DNA of 41,113 bases from an uncultured Dehalococcoidales bacterium (GTDB lineage: Bacteria > Chloroflexota > Dehalococcoidia > GIF9 > AB-539-J10). The notes beneath the pieces are model-generated. The model was given only the letters and a program-made list of their open reading frames with translations. It did not search any database and was not told the origin of the DNA. Positions 16,038-24,132 of this stretch are shown here, in pieces. The stretch spans positions 1-41,113 of the forward strand of contig CAZPDE010000002.1 of NCBI GenBank assembly GCA_964585315.1. Reading direction: 5' to 3'. The position numbers were made by a program, and so were the translations under genes. Each line of letters begins with the position of its first letter. Positions within the stretch are counted from its first letter, which is position 1.

Positions 16038-18071
16038 ATGCAGAAAGTTATCTTAGATATGGACCCTGGCATCGATGATGCTTTAGCTTTGCTCTTGGCA
16101 TTAAAGTCGCCTGAAATTCAAATTCTGGGCATCAGCACTGTGTCGGGCAATGCCCCAGTGGAAATGACGAGCGCCAATGCCCGCCGAGTATTGGAATATA
16201 TGAATATAAGCATTCCTGTAGCCATGGGCGCAGCAAAGCCCTTAGAACATCCCCTAATCGATGCCCTGAACTACCACGGCTCGGATGGATTAGGACAATG
16301 TAACTTGCCACCTCCCAGGTCTCCACTACACCTAGCAAAAGCCTGGGACTTCATAGCTCAGTTAGTCTCAGATGCTCCCGGTGAGATTACATTGGTGGCA
16401 ACAGGACCTCTGACCAATGTAGCTCGTGCCTTTAAGCTTCATCCTCAACTGCCTAAACTTCTAGCCCGAATGGTTCTCATGGGAGGAGCTTACGGACTTA
16501 CGCCCTACGGCAAGGGAAATCAAACTCCCTTTGCCGAGTTTAACATCTGGCAGGACCCAGAGGCAGCCCACATAGCGCTTAATTCCGGCGCAGAGGTCTT
16601 TGCTGTAGGATTGGACATATCTATGGACCCTACAACCCATCTAAATAGCCAGCATTTAGAACAACTTAAAGCTGGACATACCCCTGCGGCGTGCCTGGCA
16701 GCGCAACTGGTAGAATATGGTGTAAAGCATCATGGACGATGTGAACTGCACGACCCTCTAGCTCTGGCAACCTTGCTTGATGCTTCGCTATTCGAGTTCA
16801 TATCAGCGCCAGTGGAGGTGGTTACGGGAGATGGCTGGGATAGGGGAATCACTCATGTTTTGCCTTCTGATAGCTCTCAGTTAATACATGTAGCCGCTGG
16901 CGTGGATGGCCCTCGCTTTCTGAAGTTGTTCTTATCACGTATATTGAGAACGATTAGCAATACTAGTTGTCATTCTGAGGGAGTGAAGCGACCGAAGAAT
17001 CTCGCTCAGGACAGGCTCCGCGAAGAATCTAGACCCTTCGCTATCGCTCAGGGTGACAAAAAACAACATCCAAATTGGAGGAATAATATGGTCAAATTAG
17101 TAGTATGCGGTGCCATAAATTGGGATACAAGCTGCTTCGTAGAATGGTTGCCGTCGCCGGGAGAAGAGGTTCGAGTAAAACATATCACACAGGTCTTCGG
17201 AGGGACAGGGGGCAATGTAGCAGTAGCTGCGGCACGGATTTTAGGAGCTAAGGAAGTTGCACTGATAGGCGCTCTGGGAGAGGATGACATTGCTCAGCAA
17301 CAAGTAGCCGCCCTAGCTATCGAAGGTGTCATTACTGAGGGAATCAACCACATACCGGGAGAAGAATCAGGACAAGCTTATATTTTGGTTGACCAAGAAG
17401 GGCAAAATGTCATCGCTAGTTGTCTCGGGGCGAATGCCAGGCTGCAGCCCGAACACTTAAGTAAGCCATCGGTCAAACGGCTGCTGCAAGAGTGCCAGTG
17501 CATAGTCCTCACCGATCCTCCTTTGGAAGTGGTAACAGAGCTAATAAATTTAGCAAAAAGGCGCAAAATCCCCCTATTGTGGGATCCAGGAATCCTGGTA
17601 AGCCATGGATGGGAAGTGTTGCAATTGCTTGCCAGCCAAGCAGATATTCTCTTCTTTAACGAAGCCGAGGCAACTACTCTTTGGGGAACCACAGAATTGA
17701 ATATGAGCTTGCAGTATTTGCAAGAACTGGGATTTAGCAATCACACGGTGCTCAAACTTGGCGCTCGAGGAGCAGTTTTGCTTGAGCCAGCCACTGGTGT
17801 GATAATGGAAATCCCCACCTTACCCCTCAAAGATTTAGGTTTAGAGGTAATCAACACAGTGGGTTGCGGAGACGCTTTTGTGGGGGCTTTTGCCTCCTAC
17901 CATGTTGTGGGCGCCAGCTTCCAAAAGTCGCTTATCATGGCTACTGCGGCGGCAAGTCTCAACGCCACTCGTCCTGAAACCCGAGGTGGTCCTGAAATGC
18001 TAACCTTAGAGGCAATAGCAGAAGCCAGCCGTAATTTTGGCTTTGCCTTGCGGGAGCGTAAACTTTCCTGA
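16038..18071 (+). CDS. Single ORF joining an inosine-uridine-preferring nucleoside hydrolase (N) and a PfkB/ribokinase-family kinase (C)
   Basis: N-terminal DMDPGIDDALALLLA Asp cluster. C-terminal GGTGGNVAV and NTVGCGDAFVGAF are PfkB signatures. The two halves are joined by about 40 codons derived from the dispersed repeat, with no stop between them. Confidence 0.7.
   Translation: MQKVILDMDPGIDDALALLLALKSPEIQILGISTVSGNAPVEMTSANARRVLEYMNISIPVAMGAAKPLEHPLIDALNYHGSDGLGQCNLPPPRSPLHLAKAWDFIAQLVSDAPGEITLVATGPLTNVARAFKLHPQLPKLLARMVLMGGAYGLTPYGKGNQTPFAEFNIWQDPEAAHIALNSGAEVFAVGLDISMDPTTHLNSQHLEQLKAGHTPAACLAAQLVEYGVKHHGRCELHDPLALATLLDASLFEFISAPVEVVTGDGWDRGITHVLPSDSSQLIHVAAGVDGPRFLKLFLSRILRTISNTSCHSEGVKRPKNLAQDRLREESRPFAIAQGDKKQHPNWRNNMVKLVVCGAINWDTSCFVEWLPSPGEEVRVKHITQVFGGTGGNVAVAAARILGAKEVALIGALGEDDIAQQQVAALAIEGVITEGINHIPGEESGQAYILVDQEGQNVIASCLGANARLQPEHLSKPSVKRLLQECQCIVLTDPPLEVVTELINLAKRRKIPLLWDPGILVSHGWEVLQLLASQADILFFNEAEATTLWGTTELNMSLQYLQELGFSNHTVLKLGARGAVLLEPATGVIMEIPTLPLKDLGLEVINTVGCGDAFVGAFASYHVVGASFQKSLIMATAAASLNATRPETRGGPEMLTLEAIAEASRNFGFALRERKLS
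16968..17058. repeat. Repeat-family copy forming the in-frame linker of the hydrolase-kinase ORF
   Basis: gtcattctgagggagtgaagcgaccgaagaatctcgctcaggacaggctccgcgaagaatct...ctcagggtgac is near-identical to the copy at 11275..11335. Confidence 0.75.
17088..18071 (+). CDS. Alternative model: stand-alone ribokinase/PfkB-family sugar kinase
   Basis: An internal ATG (MVKLVVCGAINWD) is preceded by a GGAGGAATAAT Shine-Dalgarno sequence. The complete PfkB domain lies downstream. Confidence 0.5.
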   Translation: MVKLVVCGAINWDTSCFVEWLPSPGEEVRVKHITQVFGGTGGNVAVAAARILGAKEVALIGALGEDDIAQQQVAALAIEGVITEGINHIPGEESGQAYILVDQEGQNVIASCLGANARLQPEHLSKPSVKRLLQECQCIVLTDPPLEVVTELINLAKRRKIPLLWDPGILVSHGWEVLQLLASQADILFFNEAEATTLWGTTELNMSLQYLQELGFSNHTVLKLGARGAVLLEPATGVIMEIPTLPLKDLGLEVINTVGCGDAFVGAFASYHVVGASFQKSLIMATAAASLNATRPETRGGPEMLTLEAIAEASRNFGFALRERKLS

Positions 18072-18133
18072 TTTTTGTAGTTGCCTGATTCACCAGGCAC
18101 AACTGTCCAATAAATTGGGCAGCTACATTTTTT
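18072..18133. repeat. About 62-nt hairpin element (copies at 20312..20372 and partial at 3305..3329)
   Basis: tttttGTAGTTGCCtgattcaccaggca...aataaattGGGCAGCTACatttttt has terminal inverted arms plus an inner palindrome. It sits directly after a stop codon, so a terminator role is possible. Confidence 0.65.
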
Positions 18134-18184
18134 GAACAGCCTCTTTTATGAAATCCTAATATCTAACCTCTGAATCCTAAACAA

Positions 18185-18320
18185 ATTCAAATATCAAAAT
18201 GCAAAAGGAAAAATGACAGAGCAAAATTCAAAAATGAGTAGCTGAGAGCGTCTAGAACCTTAATTTTGAACTTTGATTTGTAATTTTGATTTTTTATCTT
18301 TACTTTTTGATGTTGTTTAA
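18185..18320. repeat. AT-rich dispersed repeat, inverted partner of 7488..7645
   Basis: Its reverse complement contains caaaattacaaatcaaagttcaaaa and gctctgtcatttttccttttgcatttt, matching 7488..7645 blockwise. Confidence 0.65.
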
Positions 18321-18329
18321 GTTTCGTGC

Positions 18330-19289
18330 TTAGGGTTTACCCTCTTGTAGTTGCCGAACTCCTTGATAAGCCTTAGTATCTACCTCACCGCGAGCGTAAG
18401 CTTCATGCCACCCTTTAGGCACCGGCATTCTCCTGTACCAACTAACTCGTTCAGCCTCAAGCAAATTGCGAGGCAATCCCATGAAATCAGCAGCACAGAT
18501 AACCCTGTGATGTAGGCACGGGTCTTTAGACCCGTGCAGGGAAGAAACCCAATCCAGCCACTTCTCCCCTTCTTTGGAACGCATCAGATGATGGTCTAAG
18601 ATGAGCGTATCCACCTCCTTAGCTAATTCTAAAGTCCTCTTCAGTGCACCCTCCCGCTTTTCCCAAGTCAGGCTTGGCAAATAAATTGGTGGTCCCGATG
18701 CCAATACCACAGTTGGCTGCCATCTAAATATTTGCTCAATCGCCTCGTCATTGAGCATTTGAATATCCGAGGCGTGTACGAAAACTTCGCCTCCCTCTTC
18801 AATCCTGGTCATCATTACGGTGCCACCTCTGCCTCGTTCGCCATGAGGCACAGGAGGAGAAAAGCTCAAACACCCGTCGCTTAGCCCTTCCGAGGCTGGA
18901 AGGACCCGGTTGAGCCTCTGGGCTAAAACTCTAGCCCGATGAGCCTCAGTAAAAGAAAGCTCCTGCATCCCTTTCGTCCACAACCTGGGATACCTCAAAG
19001 ATTCAGCAACCCTGTTCGCCGAAAGCTGGTAAGGATTAGCATTGACCAAGGGATGGTGCTCACCATGATAATGGCTAATCACCACATCAGTTGCGTCTTC
19101 CAGTGCTTTTTCAATGGCATTTTTCACTTTTTCAGCCACGGCGACTTGAACTGGGTGGGGCAACAAGCCATGTCGCCTATACCCCAATGCCACCCCGGGG
19201 TCGATAGCAATTTTGCGATCTTTAGTTTCGACCAGGCAGCATAAGCCACGAACCCCCAACGATTCAGCCCCAATTATCTCTATCCGCAC
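18330..19289 (-). CDS. MBL-fold metallo-hydrolase-like protein
   Basis: 319 aa with a GTG start. It has an HYHGEHH histidine cluster after a beta-strand-rich N-terminus, then later HASD and DHH. The family call is tentative. Confidence 0.5.
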   Translation of the reverse strand: MRIEIIGAESLGVRGLCCLVETKDRKIAIDPGVALGYRRHGLLPHPVQVAVAEKVKNAIEKALEDATDVVISHYHGEHHPLVNANPYQLSANRVAESLRYPRLWTKGMQELSFTEAHRARVLAQRLNRVLPASEGLSDGCLSFSPPVPHGERGRGGTVMMTRIEEGGEVFVHASDIQMLNDEAIEQIFRWQPTVVLASGPPIYLPSLTWEKREGALKRTLELAKEVDTLILDHHLMRSKEGEKWLDWVSSLHGSKDPCLHHRVICAADFMGLPRNLLEAERVSWYRRMPVPKGWHEAYARGEVDTKAYQGVRQLQEGKP

Positions 19290-19319
19290 TCTTTATATTC
19301 CCCCCCTGTCTTTGCGGTG

Positions 19320-19485
19320 AGCCAAAACCCTGAAGAGCCCTTCGCTTCCTGTCATTCTGAGCGAAGCGAAGAATCTCATCTTGCTCAGGGTAAACTCCGC
19401 GAAGGGGAAGCGAAGCAATCTCGTAGTTATTTCCTTTCGTTTTGCTCTTGAGATTGCTTCGGCATTCCTTGCCCCGCAATGACAT
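19320..19485. repeat. Copy of the gtcattctgagcgaagcgaagaatctc repeat family
   Basis: Contains gtcattctgagcgaagcgaagaatctc, ctcagggtaaactccgcgaag, the inverted pair cgaagcaatctc...gagattgcttcg, and ccgcaatgac. Confidence 0.8.
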
Positions 19486-19572
19486 AAAAATATGGTAACT
19501 TCAGGATGGCAAGGTGTTTATATTTATAAGCATTTATGGGTTAACTACAGCTCATTTGACTTGCCATTAGAT

Positions 19573-19830
19573 TTAAGGTTTTCTTAAAATCTCGTGCTTG
19601 CCAACTTTTCTCAAGATATAGGTATCTCCCTCCATCTGGAAGGTGAAGCGATAGTTTCTTGAAATTCTTCCTTCCCAAATTCCTTCGAAACCCTGCATCT
19701 TCTTGATTTGTAGGGAGGGATGGCGGAGCTCTATCAGGAGAAATTGCAATTTTTCGTCTGTTCTTTTCCGAATAGGAGGAGTTAACTTCTCATACTGCCT
19801 AGTAAAATCTGGGGTAGGTCGGAGCTTCAC
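19573..19830 (-). CDS. RelE/ParE-family toxin
   Basis: 85 aa with ...HPSLQIKKMQGFEGIWEGRISRNYRFTFQMEGDTYILRKVGKHE, the typical RelE/ParE C-terminal pattern. It overlaps the upstream antitoxin by 4 nt. Confidence 0.65.
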   Translation of the reverse strand: MKLRPTPDFTRQYEKLTPPIRKRTDEKLQFLLIELRHPSLQIKKMQGFEGIWEGRISRNYRFTFQMEGDTYILRKVGKHEILRKP

Positions 19831-20258
19831 TTTTGGCTTTTAAGGGAAGCCTTGAATTCCTCGATGGTATTAAAAGGGCCTTGGAGCTTACCCTCTCTAA
19901 TTTCCCTTTCGGCTTCTCTTTCTCCCTCCTGCCACTCCTCAGTCCACCACCAAGCTTGCTCTGAGTTAATTAGACCTACCTTAATTGATACCGCTATTTC
20001 CTCTTGGTTTAGTCCCTCAGAGCGAATGAGGTCTTTCCTGATGAGATTAATCTTTTCTTTAGCCTCTAAAAGGGTTTCCTGTTCTTCTTCGCTTAAGGGA
20101 ATAGCCTCATCCTTCGCAGCTAACCTTTTAGGAATCATCACAATTTTGCCATCTTCAGCTACTGCCTCCATGAAATCACCAGTCTCCAAATGGAGTTGGT
20201 CAAAGAGTCTTCTGGGAATGGTAATCTGACGCTTGGGTCTGATTCTCACTATCGGCAT
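19827..20258 (-). CDS. AbrB/SpoVT-domain antitoxin
   Basis: MPIVRIRPKRQITIPRRLFDQLHLETGDFMEAV is a swapped-hairpin motif. The ATG at 20258 has an AGGAGG Shine-Dalgarno sequence. Confidence 0.65.
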   Translation of the reverse strand: MPIVRIRPKRQITIPRRLFDQLHLETGDFMEAVAEDGKIVMIPKRLAAKDEAIPLSEEEQETLLEAKEKINLIRKDLIRSEGLNQEEIAVSIKVGLINSEQAWWWTEEWQEGEREAEREIREGKLQGPFNTIEEFKASLKSQK

Positions 20259-20311
20259 TGTTTTCCTCCTAATCACGGATCAGGTTATTTAATTTTGATT
20301 CCTCATTCAAA

Positions 20312-20372
20312 TTTTTGTAGTTGCCTGATTCATCAGGCAGAAGCACACAATAAATTGGGCAACTACATTTTT
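20312..20372. repeat. About 62-nt hairpin element (second full copy)
   Basis: tttttGTAGTTGCCtgattcatcaggca...aataaattGGGCAACTACattttt has perfect 9-nt terminal arms and the inner palindrome tgcctgattcatcaggca. Confidence 0.65.
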
Positions 20373-20534
20373 AGATGCCTCATAAATACATGTATTAGTA
20401 TGATTTTCTTACATTACGATAAACATCAAAAACTGTCAAGGCGATGGCGGTTATTCCACCCCGATTATCTCTATTCGCACTCTAAGGTCAACATTACACT
20501 AATTACCCCTGATTGTGATAACTTTAGAAGAGCA

Positions 20535-20789
20535 ATGAGGACAGAAAAAAAAGAGAGCTATTGGATAAGAATTAAGAGAGTTGAAGCTGATTTGCTTAAG
20601 TTTGGCATTAGCGCTGGCTCGGCTAGAAAGCTTATTTATTGTTATCCCATTGGTGTCTTGGAAAGGCTTATCAAAGCCACTGAGAAGCGCCAACCTAGAG
20701 AGCCAGCTACCTACTTTCTAAATGGTCTCAAGAAATCTAGAATGAAACATATTCCTGAATATAGTCCAATCGAAGATGAAGATAGATAA
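20535..20789 (+). CDS. Hypothetical protein
   Basis: 84-aa ORF from an internal ATG (MRTEKKESYWIRIKRVEADLLKFGISAGSARKL...). The upstream part of ORF 20190..20789 runs through repeats and antisense to the antitoxin gene. No family recognised. Confidence 0.35.
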   Translation: MRTEKKESYWIRIKRVEADLLKFGISAGSARKLIYCYPIGVLERLIKATEKRQPREPATYFLNGLKKSRMKHIPEYSPIEDEDR

Positions 20790-20795
20790 ATTGAG

Positions 20796-21032
20796 ATGAT
20801 AGTAGTAAAGTGTTCTAAGTGTAGAGCTAAAGTCTTTAAATACTTGAAAATTGGGAAAGGGCGAATATTACACTGCTGGAAAGAGCGAATAATCGAGGAT
20901 TATAGTATTCGAGATGGGAATGAGATTAAATGTCAGTGTGGCAATTTAATTGGGATTGATGATGGAAAGTGGATAAGAATGAAACAACGCTCTTTCACTT
21001 ATTCAGGAACAAGAACGAATCAGTCCAGATAG
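20796..21032 (+). CDS. Hypothetical zinc-ribbon-like small protein
   Basis: 78 aa with CSKC ... CQC Cys pairs. No family recognised. Confidence 0.35.
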   Translation: MIVVKCSKCRAKVFKYLKIGKGRILHCWKERIIEDYSIRDGNEIKCQCGNLIGIDDGKWIRMKQRSFTYSGTRTNQSR

Positions 21033-21324
21033 TTCAGACTAGCATTCTTTACGACAAAAGCAAGAGGATGCGCTATGGGCTTCCTTCGAGGATGTCTAAA
21101 CATGCCAGGAAAATCTACGACATTTTAGAAGTCACGAGGCGCTGCACACCTTATATAATAGGGAAGCAGAGGGAAAGGATTCCATCAGTCCTCGAAGAGA
21201 AAATGTAGCGCCATGATTTTGGGAAGCCGTATCTAATTTCCATGAAAATGTAGGAAGCCGGGAGCTCCTTGTTCTTGGCAAGCCATCTTGATTCGCTACC
21301 ATTTACGTTCTAGAAGTCTCTGCC

Positions 21325-21715
21325 TCAGCGTTCAATCCCTTCCCGGGCTTCAACACCCTCCTGATAGTAATGCTTAAGCTCCACCATCTCCGTTGCCAGG
21401 CCTGCTGCAGCAATAACCTCAGGTGGTGCATATCGCCCAGTAAAGACCACCTCCACGCTATCTGGCTTACACGCTATTATCTCCAGCATGTCCTTCAGCG
21501 AGACAGGGTGAAAATAATGGGCAGTGGTGATTTTATCCAAGACGATAAGGTAATACTCATCAGAGAATATCGCCTCTTGAGCCCTGGCCAGCCCCTCCTG
21601 CACTATTTGGACATCCTCTTTTCCTGGGTTTTGGAACTGTGGTTTTGCCCTTGGAATTTCCCGTGTAAACTTGAATGTACCCTTTCCCTAGAGGGGGTGA
21701 CTCTGTTGTCCTCAT
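21325..21715 (-). pseudogene. cobO: Decayed paralog of cob(I)yrinic acid a,c-diamide adenosyltransferase (internal deletion plus frameshift)
   Basis: The N-terminal frame gives MRTTESPPLGKGYIQVYTGNSKGKTT. After about 21636..21640 the homologous sequence continues in another frame (FQNPGKEDVQIVQEGLARAQEAIF...[41 protein letters not shown]). About 52 codons present in the intact copy (24133..24681) are missing. Confidence 0.75.
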
Positions 21716-21720
21716 TATGA

Positions 21721-22398
21721 TTATCTCCTTTTTACAGTCAGTTTGTATTTGGAAATATCCAGGAACCAATATCGTTCTCTAGACACCGGTTTGCTATCAA
21801 GAATTTCTATCCGTTTTCTAAATATCGGGCCATCAATAACTAATGTATGGTACTCTCCCAGCTCACCACAGGGATGGATTTTTGAGCCAGTGCTATGATG
21901 CAATTCATCCATAAAATTATCGTCTATCTGTCGCCCTATCCATTTCTCATCAAGTGCCTCTGCCTTGACACAGACCACCAATGCCTCGAATCCTGCCTTA
22001 ATGAAGTCCTGCAATATTTGCTCCGGTTTGCTTTCCCACAAAGGCAATATAAGGTCAATTCCCAGTTCGGCACACATTTTCTCATCCCACTCCTTACCCT
22101 CTAGAAGATCAATATCCCCGGTTACAATAGCCTCTACCCCCTTCGGCTTCAATTCATTTATCGCTTCCTTGAATCCCTTTTCATAGGTATCCCAGGTAAC
22201 CCTCTTTTGGATTAGGGGAACCCCGATAGCCGCCGCCTGGCTAGCTATCAACTCAGGGGCAACCTCGTGAGACATAGACTTTTTGCCATCAGCACTGATC
22301 AAATTCAGCAAATGTGAAACTTGTACTCCGTTTGAGATTGCCTTATAGTAAGCTAGGCAACTATCTTTGCCTCCACTCCATGAACTTATTGCTTGCAT
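21721..22398 (-). CDS. PP-loop ATP pyrophosphatase of the Dph6/MJ0570-like family
   Basis: MQAISSWSGGKDSCLAYYKA carries the SGGKDS PP-loop. The ATG at 22398 is preferred over 22428. Confidence 0.65.
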   Translation of the reverse strand: MQAISSWSGGKDSCLAYYKAISNGVQVSHLLNLISADGKKSMSHEVAPELIASQAAAIGVPLIQKRVTWDTYEKGFKEAINELKPKGVEAIVTGDIDLLEGKEWDEKMCAELGIDLILPLWESKPEQILQDFIKAGFEALVVCVKAEALDEKWIGRQIDDNFMDELHHSTGSKIHPCGELGEYHTLVIDGPIFRKRIEILDSKPVSRERYWFLDISKYKLTVKRR

Positions 22399-22450
22399 GT
22401 TCTCGCTCCTTTCACCATGAAACTTCATTAATAATCCTTATAAGTGAGAC

Positions 22451-23197
22451 CTATATGCTTGCTCTCCTTAGCACAACCACGCATCCCAAAAAGAAGGCCA
22501 GCCCAAAGCCCACAATAGCCAGCAGAGACAGCCATGGGAAAGGCTGGCTTAGAGATGCTGCTCGGAGGCACAAGCTACAATGCGTTAGGGGAAGAATATA
22601 CAGGGCAAGCTTAAGTCCTCCGGGTAATTCGCTTAAGGGAAAGAAGGTGCCACAGAGAAAGGTCATTGGCAATAACACCAGGCTGCTGAAGATAGCCATG
22701 TCTTCATGTGACTTCGCCAAGAGCGCAGCAAAGACTCCCAAGAAGGCGAAGATGAAACAGGTGAACACCAGGGTTATAACAAAGAGAGGGCTAAGATGTA
22801 GTGTGGACGACATCAGGGAGGCTATTATCAGGAAAGCTATTGCACTAATGAGTCCCCGTATCACACCGACCGAAGCCTTGCCCAGAATTAGCGAAAGGTG
22901 ACTAACAGGAGATATCAAGCATTCATCAAAACTCTTGCAAAAAAGGCGATCTACATTGAGCTTCACTCCGGCACCGTTAAAACTAGCGGTCATCGCGGTG
23001 AGGGCAACTATCCCAGGTATCACGAACTCAAGGTAACTTGTGCCCACGATATTGATTCCCCGTCCCAACCCCCAGCCAAAAGCTACTAAGCAAAGTAAGG
23101 GACTGACTATAGTGGTGATAAGAAATCGCCACCACTGGCGCCTTAAAATCCTTAACTCTGGCCAAAGAATGGCGTAGAAATCCATCTTATTCATCAC
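22451..23197 (-). CDS. ABC-2-type transporter permease
   Basis: 248 aa with about six TM helices. It overlaps the upstream ATPase gene by 11 nt, a typical ABC-2 exporter arrangement. Confidence 0.7.
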   Translation of the reverse strand: MMNKMDFYAILWPELRILRRQWWRFLITTIVSPLLCLVAFGWGLGRGINIVGTSYLEFVIPGIVALTAMTASFNGAGVKLNVDRLFCKSFDECLISPVSHLSLILGKASVGVIRGLISAIAFLIIASLMSSTLHLSPLFVITLVFTCFIFAFLGVFAALLAKSHEDMAIFSSLVLLPMTFLCGTFFPLSELPGGLKLALYILPLTHCSLCLRAASLSQPFPWLSLLAIVGFGLAFFLGCVVVLRRASI

Positions 23198-24041
23198 CTA
23201 CCTTTTGTCCAGTCAGCTCCACAAAGACATCCTCCAGATTCGACTCTCGTATAATGATAGTCTTAACATCGGGAGGTAGCCTCTGAACATAATCCTTTGC
23301 TGCTGCTCTATCTGGGGAATAGTGATAGTGGGTCTCCTTATTGTTAGAGAGTGTTTCTACCGCGACTAGCCCCAGGCGCAGGCGAAGTTCCAGAGGTCTG
23401 CCTAGTGCAATTAGTTGTCCCTGGTGAATTATTCCTACTCGCTGACAGAGAGCTTCAGCCTCTTCAATGTAATGGGTAGTGAGAAAAATGGTGGCTCCAT
23501 CTGAGTTCATGTTGCGTATCATATCCCAGACATGGCGTCGACTCTGGGCATCTATTCCTGCCGTGGGCTCATCGAGGAAAAGTATTCTGGGGCGATGTAA
23601 GAGAGCACGAGCAATCATCACCCGCCTTTTCATCCCTTCCGAGAGCTTATTAACCAATTGGTCAGCCTGCTTAGTTAGTTCTACATAGTCAAGCAACTCG
23701 GCGATGCGCCTCTGTCGCTCATCCGACTTCAAGTGATGTAAGCGCGCGTGCAATTCCAAAATCTCCCACACGGTCAACTCCCAATCCAGGCTCAGGTGCT
23801 GCTGTACTACCCCAAACTCGTTTCTCACCCGCATTGGCTTCTTCACCACATCAAAGCCATTTATACTGGCATGTCCTGAAGTCGGCTTAGTCAAAGTGGT
23901 CAGGATGCGAATAGCCGTGGTCTTACCAGCACCGTTGGGCCCCAGAAATCCGAACATCTCTCCCTGATGCACTTCCAGGTTCAGGTTATTAACTGCCTTG
24001 ATTTCACCATATGTCTTGGTTAGCCTTTCCGTTACAATCAT
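23187..24041 (-). CDS. ABC transporter ATP-binding protein (DrrA/ABC-2 exporter type)
   Basis: Walker A GPNGAGKTT, signature LSEGMKRRVMIA, Walker B LFLDEPTAGID. Confidence 0.85.
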   Translation of the reverse strand: MIVTERLTKTYGEIKAVNNLNLEVHQGEMFGFLGPNGAGKTTAIRILTTLTKPTSGHASINGFDVVKKPMRVRNEFGVVQQHLSLDWELTVWEILELHARLHHLKSDERQRRIAELLDYVELTKQADQLVNKLSEGMKRRVMIARALLHRPRILFLDEPTAGIDAQSRRHVWDMIRNMNSDGATIFLTTHYIEEAEALCQRVGIIHQGQLIALGRPLELRLRLGLVAVETLSNNKETHYHYSPDRAAAKDYVQRLPPDVKTIIIRESNLEDVFVELTGQKVGDE

Positions 24042-24132
24042 CCTGATTATCTTACCATAGCCAAATCACCGAAGTGGGAATCTGCTCCAGCTAAGTTGCC
24101 CGTGGTGCTTTCCTGAAGTCCTCCTGCCGCTA

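Noticed and set aside
20190-20534. 5' part of ORF 20190..20789, and ORF 20969..21208
   Set aside because: The first runs antisense to the antitoxin gene and through the hairpin repeat before the plausible ATG at 20535. The second overlaps 20796..21032 out of frame and has no recognisable features. Neither was annotated.
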